This document shows positions 57,076 to 64,000 of a stretch of DNA of 64,000 bases, one piece after another (within the stretch, counting starts at the first letter, position 1; each line of letters starts with the position of its first letter). The stretch lies in assembly GCA_902767245.1 (NCBI GenBank), contig CACXGO010000002.1, positions 6,343 to 70,342 of the forward strand, given 5' to 3'. The notes under the pieces are model-generated. The model worked only from the letters and a program-made list of their open reading frames with translations, did not search any database and was not told the DNA's origin. The position numbers were made by a program, and so were the translations under genes. This stretch comes from an uncultured Erysipelotrichaceae bacterium. GTDB lineage: Bacteria; Bacillota_I; Bacilli_A; RF39; UBA660.

Positions 57076-57537
57076 ATGAAAAAATTATTAAATAAGAAAG
57101 GATTTACATTAATAGAACTTTTAGCAGTTATCGTTATTTTAGCAATTGTTGCTGCTGTAACTATGGCGGTAATTGTACCAAAATTAACTCAAGCACCTTT
57201 AGATGCTGCTGAATCATCAGTTGGGAATATGAAACAACAACTTGTTAATGCTTGCTCTACGATAGGATCTAGTGTTGATATGTATGGTACTTTTGATGGG
57301 ACTGTTTCAGGCGGTGGTGATGTAAGTACTTGCCAAAGTGGAACATGTACTATAACTTTCAGTAAAGCTCAATTAACAGCAATGAAAATTTCAGGAGAAT
57401 TACCAGAAACAACAGTTATTAATTTTAACCAGTGTGCTATCACAAGTGGAACATTTACTTATAGTACAAGTGAGGGACAATTTAAAGGTATCACAGTTAC
57501 ATTAGATGCAAATGGAAAAGCAACTGCTACAAAATAG
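57076..57537 (+). CDS. type IV pilin / ComGC-like pseudopilin with a prepilin N-terminal methylation motif
   Basis: KKGFTLIELLAVIVILAIVAAV (G|FTLIE cleavage/methylation site). AGAGGAGG SD. Four Cys in the C-terminal domain. Confidence 0.75.
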   Translation: MKKLLNKKGFTLIELLAVIVILAIVAAVTMAVIVPKLTQAPLDAAESSVGNMKQQLVNACSTIGSSVDMYGTFDGTVSGGGDVSTCQSGTCTITFSKAQLTAMKISGELPETTVINFNQCAITSGTFTYSTSEGQFKGITVTLDANGKATATK

Positions 57538-57544
57538 TGTTATG

Positions 57545-57569
57545 AAAGCCATATTAATGGCTTTTTTTT
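57545..57569 (+). terminator. rho-independent terminator
   Basis: AAAGCCAT-ATTA-ATGGCTTT followed by a T-run. Confidence 0.85.
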
Positions 57570-57607
57570 CTTGGCTTTTTTTGTTATAATAACTCCAGGT
57601 GATATTT

Positions 57608-59395
57608 ATGAATGAAAACATTCGTAATTTTTCAATTATTGCTCATATTGATCATGGAAAAAGTACAATTGCTGATCGTATTTTAGAATTAACTGGAGCT
57701 TTAGATAAAAGGCAAATGCAAGATCAAATTTTAGACAATATGGATCTTGAAAGAGAACGTGGAATTACAATTAAATTAAATGCTGTAAGGCTTGAATATA
57801 AAGGTTATTTACTTCATTTAATTGATACTCCTGGTCATGTTGACTTTACATATGAAGTGTCAAGAAGCTTAGCAGCCTGTGAAGGTGCAATTTTAGTTGT
57901 TGATGCTGCTCAAGGAATTGAAGCTCAAACACTTGCAAATTTATATCTTGCTTTAGAAAATGATTTAACAATAATACCTGTTATAAATAAAATAGATTTA
58001 CCAAATGCTGATATTGAAAAGGTAACAGCTGAACTTGAAGGTATTGGTTTCAATCGTGATGAAATCATCTTGGTGAGTGCCAAAAATGGAATTGGTATTG
58101 ATAAACTTGTTGATGCCGTTATTGAGAGAATACCTGCACCAACTGGAAATAAAGATGATAAACTACGAGCTTTAATATTCGATAGTTATTACGACTCGTA
58201 TAAAGGTGTTGTTGCTTTAGTTAGAATTGTTTCTGGTAAATTAAAAGTTGGAGACAAGATAAAAATGATGGCAACAGGGGCCACATATGATGTTGTGGAA
58301 ATGGGTGTGCACACACCTAAAGAAAAGGCTTGCAGTGAGCTTTTTGCTGGTGAAGTAGGTTTTATTTCGGCTGCTATTAAAAGCATTAAAGATGTTAAAG
58401 TCGGAGATACTGTTACTTTAGAAAATAATCCAGCTGATTTACCTTTAAAAGGCTATAAGCCAATGAAACCAATGGTATTCTGTGGACTTTATCCTTTAGA
58501 AACATCAAAATATAATGACTTAAGAGATGCCTTAGATAAACTTAAGCTTTGTGATGCCGCTTTAGAATATGAGCCAGAAACCAGTAAAGCCTTAGGATTT
58601 GGTTTTAGATGTGGATTTTTAGGTTTACTTCATATGGATATTATTGAAGAAAGAATTAAAAGAGAATTCAATCTTGATTTAATTGCAACCAGTCCATCTG
58701 TTATTTATGAAGTAACTTTAACTGATAAAAGTGTAATTAGTATTGATAGTCCAATTAAATTACCTGATCGCGGAATGATACTTGATATAAAAGAACCTTA
58801 TATTAGGACAAATATATTTACACCTAGTGCTTACATAGGTCCAATTATGGAACTATGTCAGAATAAAAGAGGCACTTATGTAAATATGGAATATATTGAT
58901 CAAACAAGAGTTAATATTCATTATGAAATACCTTTATCTGAAATAGTTTATGATTTCTTTGATAAATTAAAGTCATATACTAAAGGCTATGCTTCATTTG
59001 ATTATGAATTAATTGGTTATAAATCTAGCAATTTAGTTAAAATGGATATTTTACTCAATGGTGAAATAGTTGATGCTTTAAGTATTATTGTTCATAAAGA
59101 CTTTGCATATAATCGAGGCAAAGCTTTAGTTGAATCACTTCGAAAAATAATTCCAAGGCAGCAATTTGAAGTCCCAATTCAAGCGAGCATTGGAAGTAAA
59201 ATAATTGCTCGTGCTGATATTAAAGCTGTTAGAAAAAATGTACTTGCTAAGTGTTATGGAGGAGACGTTTCAAGAAAGAAAAAACTTTTAGAAAAACAAA
59301 AAGAAGGTAAAAAGAAAATGAAACAAATTGGTAGTGTTGAACTCCCACAAGAAGCATTCTTAGCAGTATTAAATATGGATAATGAGGATGAATGA
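57608..59395 (+). CDS. lepA: translation elongation factor 4
   Basis: [29 protein letters not shown] and the LepA C-terminal domain. ATG 57608 follows AGGTGA. Confidence 0.97.
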   Translation: MNENIRNFSIIAHIDHGKSTIADRILELTGALDKRQMQDQILDNMDLERERGITIKLNAVRLEYKGYLLHLIDTPGHVDFTYEVSRSLAACEGAILVVDAAQGIEAQTLANLYLALENDLTIIPVINKIDLPNADIEKVTAELEGIGFNRDEIILVSAKNGIGIDKLVDAVIERIPAPTGNKDDKLRALIFDSYYDSYKGVVALVRIVSGKLKVGDKIKMMATGATYDVVEMGVHTPKEKACSELFAGEVGFISAAIKSIKDVKVGDTVTLENNPADLPLKGYKPMKPMVFCGLYPLETSKYNDLRDALDKLKLCDAALEYEPETSKALGFGFRCGFLGLLHMDIIEERIKREFNLDLIATSPSVIYEVTLTDKSVISIDSPIKLPDRGMILDIKEPYIRTNIFTPSAYIGPIMELCQNKRGTYVNMEYIDQTRVNIHYEIPLSEIVYDFFDKLKSYTKGYASFDYELIGYKSSNLVKMDILLNGEIVDALSIIVHKDFAYNRGKALVESLRKIIPRQQFEVPIQASIGSKIIARADIKAVRKNVLAKCYGGDVSRKKKLLEKQKEGKKKMKQIGSVELPQEAFLAVLNMDNEDE

Positions 59396-60495
59396 TGAAA
59401 AGTATAGAATCAGTTTATATTCATATTCCTTTTTGTTCATCAATATGTACTTACTGTGATTTTTCTAAGATGCTATATTATGAAAAGTTTGCTTCTAGTT
59501 ATCTTGAAGCTCTTTTTGATGAAGTAAAAGGAAAATATAAGGGTGAAGAAATAAAAACTATTTATATTGGTGGTGGCACTCCAAGTGTTTTAAATTTGAA
59601 AGACTTAAAAAAGCTTTTTGAAATAACAAAAATATTTAAGTTGAAAAAAGATTATGAATTTACAATCGAATGTAATGTAAATGATATAAATGAAGAAAAA
59701 CTCGAAATATTTAAAAACAATGGCATTAATCGTATTAGTATTGGTGTACAATCATTTAATTCTGAAATATTAAAAAAAATGAATCGTTTTCATACCTATG
59801 AAGAAGTGAAACAAAAAATTGAATTAATTAATAAATTTGGAATTGAAAATATTAATGTTGATTTAATCTATGCTTTTCCCAATACAAGCATTTTTGATTT
59901 AAAAAAGGATTTAGAAAAGGTGTTCTCACTTAAAATTAAACACATTTCAACATATTCTTTAATGATTGAACCACATACGATGCTTTACATAAAAAAAACA
60001 AAAAGCATTTCAGAAGATATTGATTCTGAAATGTATGAATTAATAAAAAAAGAAATGAAAAAACATGGCTTTATTCATTATGAAGTTAGCAATTTTTGCA
60101 TTCCAAATTATCAAAGTAAACATAATTTGACATATTGGAATAATTTGGAATATTATGGCTTTGGACTTGGAGCAAGTGGTTATATTAAAAATGTGCGTTA
60201 CACAAATACTTTGTCTTTGGACAAGTATTTAAGTCATAAATATGTAAGTGAAGAAGAAGTTTTATCTAAAAAAGATCAAATGGTTTATGAATTAATTTTG
60301 GGAATGCGTAAAATAGATGGCATAAATATTAAAGATTTTAATAAGAAATTCCAAACGAATTTACTTGAAAATAAAATAATTCAACGATTAATAAAAAATG
60401 ACTGTTTAGTTATAGATGACAATTACATAAAAATCCCATATAATAAAATATATACTGAAAATGACATTTTAAAGGAGTTACTTGATTATGAATAA
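59392..60495 (+). CDS. hemW: radical SAM family heme chaperone HemW
   Basis: [16 protein letters not shown] (CxxxCxxC) and GGGTPS. It follows lepA as in many Firmicutes. Confidence 0.85.
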   Translation: MMKSIESVYIHIPFCSSICTYCDFSKMLYYEKFASSYLEALFDEVKGKYKGEEIKTIYIGGGTPSVLNLKDLKKLFEITKIFKLKKDYEFTIECNVNDINEEKLEIFKNNGINRISIGVQSFNSEILKKMNRFHTYEEVKQKIELINKFGIENINVDLIYAFPNTSIFDLKKDLEKVFSLKIKHISTYSLMIEPHTMLYIKKTKSISEDIDSEMYELIKKEMKKHGFIHYEVSNFCIPNYQSKHNLTYWNNLEYYGFGLGASGYIKNVRYTNTLSLDKYLSHKYVSEEEVLSKKDQMVYELILGMRKIDGINIKDFNKKFQTNLLENKIIQRLIKNDCLVIDDNYIKIPYNKIYTENDILKELLDYE

Positions 60496-61069
60496 AATTG
60501 AAATGTTAAAAACAGAATTAAATTATATTAAGAATGAAAGAATAAAAAAAAGCGCAGCAACTTTTATTGAAATGCTTCCTGATTATTTTTTTCGGGTTGC
60601 TGCTTCCTCAACAGGCAAATATCATCCTGAATTTGCAAGTGGTGAAGGAGGCTTGTTGAGGCATTCAAAAGTTGCGTGTTATATTTTAAATGAAATTCTT
60701 TCTTCACACACATTTGGGGATGATTTTACAAGTGATCAAAAAGATTTACTTCGCTTTGCAATTTTAGTTCACGATGGCTTTAAACATGGTGTTAGTGAAG
60801 AAGAATTTACAAAACACGAACACCCACTTATATGTGCTACTTGTCTTCGCTCGGCTAAGGATAAGCTAGATTTAACTGATGATGAAATTGAGTATGTTGC
60901 TTCAGCCATTGAGAGTCATATGGGTGAGTGGAATAAGAGTAATTATAGTGATATTGAACTTGCACTTCCAACAAGCAAGGCTCAAAAGATTGTTCATTTA
61001 GCAGACTTGCTATCAAGTAAGAAAGTATTAGATGTTAAATTTGATGGCAATGAAATAAGACGCGATTAA
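60488..61069 (+). CDS. HD domain phosphohydrolase
   Basis: H..(H)D motif region LVHDGFKHG plus SHMGEWN. The start is ATG 60488 or TTG 60482. Confidence 0.6.
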   Translation: MNKIEMLKTELNYIKNERIKKSAATFIEMLPDYFFRVAASSTGKYHPEFASGEGGLLRHSKVACYILNEILSSHTFGDDFTSDQKDLLRFAILVHDGFKHGVSEEEFTKHEHPLICATCLRSAKDKLDLTDDEIEYVASAIESHMGEWNKSNYSDIELALPTSKAQKIVHLADLLSSKKVLDVKFDGNEIRRD

Positions 61070-61085
61070 TTAAGACGCGTCTTTT
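61058..61085. terminator. GC-rich hairpin at the convergent junction of the HD-domain gene and ispE (bidirectional terminator)
   Basis: AGACGCG..CGCGTCT stem followed by TTTT on the + strand. The two coding regions overlap by 4 nt inside the loop. Confidence 0.6.
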
Positions 61086-61905
61086 CTAATATCTGAATTC
61101 CTTTACAAGGATTAACCATATATGCTTGGTAATTCTGAAAATAATTTTTTAAATTTTTATAAGCATTTAATAATTCTTCTTTATTATTAAATGCTCCAAT
61201 TACAGTTGGACCACTACTAGTCATATTTGTAAAATATGCATTAAAATTGGCCATATAATCTTTAATATCTTTGATTTCTTTTGGAGCTACTATTTCAAGA
61301 TCATTTTGACCGATAGCATAATAACCAAAATCAAAATAGTTAACACAAGTTTTATCATAAGCTTCAAACATTTCTTTTTGATTTAAATCAATGTTTGGTT
61401 TAATGATTAAAAATGGACACAAATCCATATTTACTTCAGTAACAATACTACCTGACCCATCAATTAAACAAGTTCCACCAAATAAACAAAATGGCACTTC
61501 TGGACTGATCATAGTTCCAATAAATGTGAGGGTATCATTGTCTATATCTAGATTAAACATTTTTTTTATACCTAAAATAACACCTGCTGCATCAGTACTG
61601 TCACTTCCAAGATTGGCATTATCAGGTATATTTTTTACAATATCTATATCAAAGCCATAAACTATGTGATAAAGTTGTTTCATTAAAATGGCAGCTTTAA
61701 ATATAATATTTTCTTGATTAATATATTTTTTTTCGTTATTAATAGTTATATTAATAAAACCAGTTTCATTTGGTTTAATTGTCAAATAATCATACAAATC
61801 AACACTTTGATTAATTGATTTAAAAATATGTTTTCCGTTTTGTTTGCCTAATATATTCAAAAATAAATTTATCTTAGCAGGACATATGACAATTATTTGC
61901 TCCAT
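61066..61905 (-). CDS. ispE: 4-diphosphocytidyl-2-C-methyl-D-erythritol kinase (GHMP kinase)
   Basis: CPAKINLFLNILGK N-terminus and the GHMP motif KNIPDNANLGSDSTDAAG. Confidence 0.75.
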   Translation of the reverse strand: MEQIIVICPAKINLFLNILGKQNGKHIFKSINQSVDLYDYLTIKPNETGFINITINNEKKYINQENIIFKAAILMKQLYHIVYGFDIDIVKNIPDNANLGSDSTDAAGVILGIKKMFNLDIDNDTLTFIGTMISPEVPFCLFGGTCLIDGSGSIVTEVNMDLCPFLIIKPNIDLNQKEMFEAYDKTCVNYFDFGYYAIGQNDLEIVAPKEIKDIKDYMANFNAYFTNMTSSGPTVIGAFNNKEELLNAYKNLKNYFQNYQAYMVNPCKGIQILEKTRLN

Positions 61906-61944
61906 AAAACCACCCGCTAATTATTTTAACAAATATGTAATGAA

Positions 61945-62406
61945 TTAGCAATTAAAAATTTTTATAACATTAACATTAATTTTGTTGTTTCTTTTCTTTA
62001 TTAATTTTATTATCTTATTTTGTAATTTTCGTTTTACATTTATTTCAAATTTATAATTATTCATAACTTTAATAATATTTTTATCAAACCTTAAAAATAC
62101 TTTTTTAAAGTAATTATAATCTTTACTAGTGACTTTAAAAGAAATAATAATACAACCCAGAGCTATCTTTTCTTCAATTATATTTCCTAGATAAGAACCA
62201 ATTCCACTACCTAAAGCAAAGTAAAAAATCTTTAAGTAATCTTTAAAATCAACGACAATAAAAGAAACTGAAAAAATCCATATTAAAGATATGGCAAAAG
62301 TTAAAATGGCTCCAAGCATTTTTTTATTGTTTGCAATTAAAATTATTCTTAAAGTTGCTAATGTATTTTCTAACAACTTTGAAATAAAAATTAGAAAATA
62401 AGTCAT
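61945..62406 (-). CDS. UPF0316/DUF2179 family membrane protein
   Basis: The N-terminal three-TM part (LENTLATLRIILIANNKK) resembles B. subtilis YebE-type proteins. Confidence 0.6.
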   Translation of the reverse strand: MTYFLIFISKLLENTLATLRIILIANNKKMLGAILTFAISLIWIFSVSFIVVDFKDYLKIFYFALGSGIGSYLGNIIEEKIALGCIIISFKVTSKDYNYFKKVFLRFDKNIIKVMNNYKFEINVKRKLQNKIIKLIKKRNNKINVNVIKIFNC

Positions 62407-62488
62407 ATTTTTATTATGACTTTTTCTTTGAATAAAATACTTACTTGCAAAAGAAGTACTATTATGATAATATTATTATGGTGATAAT

Positions 62489-62644
62489 ATGGCTAGAGAA
62501 ACTAAAAAAATGACTGAAGAAGAAATAAGAAGATATTATGAAAAACGTGCTTACATTATTGGCGCCGTTTTTGCATTCACACTTTTAGGTATTGCATTTT
62601 TGGGCTTTTTAATAGGTTTTAACGGGCCAGATTTATTTAACTAA
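62489..62644 (+). CDS. 51-aa single-TM small protein, possibly the N-terminal remnant of a decayed gene
   Basis: MARETKKMTEEEIRRYYEKRAYIIGAVFAFTLLGIAFLGFLIGFNGPDLFN. GGTGATAAT SD. Below the ORF-track cutoff. Confidence 0.45.
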   Translation: MARETKKMTEEEIRRYYEKRAYIIGAVFAFTLLGIAFLGFLIGFNGPDLFN

Positions 62645-62669
62645 GAGATAAATAATAAATAAAATAACA

Positions 62670-62977
62670 TATGCTGAGGTTGTTGGAAGTGAGGATGAGG
62701 CATTAAAATATATGTATGCTGTAAGAAGAGCAACTCCAGAAGAAAAACATCATTTATTGGAATCCTTAAGTAGTTGTAAAACCAAAAGTGGCAAAGTAAT
62801 ACCTGGCGTGGTAAAATATACAAATGCAAGTCATGATGAGAATCCAGTTTTTTAAAACCACTTGCAAATGCTAAAGATCAACTTTGGATTAATATCAAAG
62901 GTGAAATAGTAGCAGAAAAGCCATTTGAAATTGACCAAGATGAAAATTTAAAATTAACTGATACAAAGATAAGATAG
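62670..62977 (+). pseudogene. frameshifted gene remnant (two open fragments, no start codon)
   Basis: Frame 0 reads YAEVVGSEDEALKYMYAVRRATPEEKHHLLESL...HDENPVF*. It continues in another frame after a T6A4 tract as KPLANAKDQLWINIKGEIVAEKPFEI...TKIR*, followed by a terminator. Confidence 0.55.
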
Positions 62978-62997
62978 TGCAAAAGATGCACTTTTTT
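62977..62997 (+). terminator. rho-independent terminator
   Basis: GTGCA-AAAGA-TGCAC followed by T6. Confidence 0.7.
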
Positions 62998-63023
62998 ATT
63001 TTTTTAAAATTAGCACTCATATA

Positions 63024-63052
63024 TTGACATTGCCAGCATATAATAGTATAAT
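63024..63052 (+). promoter_or_regulatory. consensus sigma-A promoter of the hrcA operon
   Basis: TTGACA (63024-63029), 17-nt spacer, TATAAT (63047-63052). Confidence 0.8.
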
Positions 63053-63056
63053 GAAT

Positions 63057-63083
63057 TTAGCATTCAGGTTTGGAGAGTGCTAA
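63057..63083. promoter_or_regulatory. CIRCE operator (HrcA binding site)
   Basis: TTAGCATTC-N9-GAGTGCTAA, against the consensus TTAGCACTC-N9-GAGTGCTAA. It lies between the -10 box and the hrcA SD. Confidence 0.9.
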
Positions 63084-63095
63084 AGAGGTGAAAAT

Positions 63096-64000
63096 GTGTT
63101 AAACGAAAGACAAGAAAAGCTTCTTAAAATAATTGTTGAAGATTATATTAAAACAGCAAGACCAATTGGTTCTAAAGCAATATGTGATAGTCTAAATTGC
63201 TCATCAGCTACAGTTCGTAATGAAATGGGTGAATTAGAAAATTTAGGTTTGCTTGAAAAAATGCATACATCTTCAGGAAGAGTTCCAAGTGAAAAGGGAT
63301 ATCGTTATTATGTTGATAACATTATGAAACCAAAAGAATTAAATGGTGAAGAAATGTTAAAATTGCAAACGATATTTAAAAACAATTCACTTGCACTATC
63401 TGATGCAATTGCAAGAAGTATGGAAATAATTTCAGAACTTACAAGTTATACAAGTATTGTTTTAGGTAAACAATCAAGTAATAATAAGGTTAGTAAAGTA
63501 GAAATTGTTCCAATAACAGATACACATTTAATTGCTTTAGTTGTAACTGATCAAGGTCATGTTGAGCATCGTGATGTTATTATGAGTGATACTGTTGATA
63601 TGAAAGAAGTTCAAAAAACAGTTGAAATTATAAATAGAATGATTGTTGGCACACCAATTAATGAAGTTAGTGCTAAATTAGAGTATGAGGTTAAACCGGT
63701 AATTAATGAGTGTATTGCACAACATGATGTTTTATACAATGCATTTTATAATGCTTTTAGTGATTTCAACAAATCAGAAGTTCATGTGTCAGGGACAAGC
63801 AATATATTAATGCAACCAGAATTTGATAATGCTGACAGAATTCGTGAAATTGTTAGTAAATTTGATGATAAAACTAAAATCAGTAGTATTAAAGAAGATG
63901 ATTCTGGAATCAATATATATATTGGTAGTGAAAATGAATTTGATGATGATGTTACAATAATTAAAACCAAATATTCTGTTAATGGTGAAGAAGGAACGAT
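63096..64000 (+). CDS. hrcA: heat-inducible transcription repressor HrcA, 3' end outside the window
   Basis: LNERQEKLLKIIVEDYIKTARPIGSKAI...ATVRNEMGELENLGLLEK.HTSSGRVPSEKGYRYYVD. GTG start after GAGGTG. The frame is open to base 64000. Confidence 0.9.
   Translation, partial: MLNERQEKLLKIIVEDYIKTARPIGSKAICDSLNCSSATVRNEMGELENLGLLEKMHTSSGRVPSEKGYRYYVDNIMKPKELNGEEMLKLQTIFKNNSLALSDAIARSMEIISELTSYTSIVLGKQSSNNKVSKVEIVPITDTHLIALVVTDQGHVEHRDVIMSDTVDMKEVQKTVEIINRMIVGTPINEVSAKLEYEVKPVINECIAQHDVLYNAFYNAFSDFNKSEVHVSGTSNILMQPEFDNADRIREIVSKFDDKTKISSIKEDDSGINIYIGSENEFDDDVTIIKTKYSVNGEEGT

Noticed and set aside
62641-62829. 62-aa minus-strand ORF from the track in the region upstream of hrcA.
   Set aside because: The plus-strand fragments give a far more protein-like translation and end at a plus-strand terminator. 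The minus-strand ORF has no SD and an implausible composition.

Overview
This is a visibly AT-rich chromosomal segment (composition not computed) from a low-GC, endospore-forming Firmicute, Clostridia- or Erysipelotrichia-like, using standard code 11. All calls rest on reading the six-frame translations and the DNA by eye; no searches were run. About 75 genes are present, nearly all on the + strand, and most are housekeeping. In order they are: hpt, zur-znuACB, a GT4 glycosyltransferase with dut, tlyA, bofA, two flavoproteins, eno, a murF-like gene with ddl, ligA, prfB (+1 frameshift)-ftsE-ftsX, yabG-veg-spoVG-yabP-yabQ-divIC, lemA, pduL, a class A PBP, DUF1934-argS-rpoE, two tRNA-Thr, leuS, tRNA-Leu, a LysM/SleC-like operon, a large sigma-70-family protein, a radical-SAM DNA-repair pair, tRNA-Ser, ackA, nrnA, an orphan pilin-like gene, lepA-hemW, ispE, and the start of hrcA behind a CIRCE operator. 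I saw no transposase, integrase, CRISPR array or rRNA. Six things look most unusual. (1) A strongly diverged GroEL/Cpn60-family gene has no adjacent groES and no CIRCE, and is translationally coupled to the TIGR03916/TIGR03915-type radical-SAM DNA repair pair (48743-52210). (2) A 599-aa sigma-70-type protein has a novel 200-aa N-terminal region and an apparent second sigma-4-like module (46833-48632). (3) Two weakly similar orphan genes with look-alike TGATATAAT promoters each sit directly upstream of a class II tRNA gene. One of them lies between duplicated pieces of the leuS terminator and tRNA-Leu promoter (42977-44078 and 52217-53113). (4) A 25-aa hydrophobic peptide gene resembling a type I toxin lies antisense in a 400-nt gap (14671-14748). 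(5) The MurF-like ligase has a five-helix membrane domain in place of its N-terminal domain. (6) There are several frameshifted or decayed genes.
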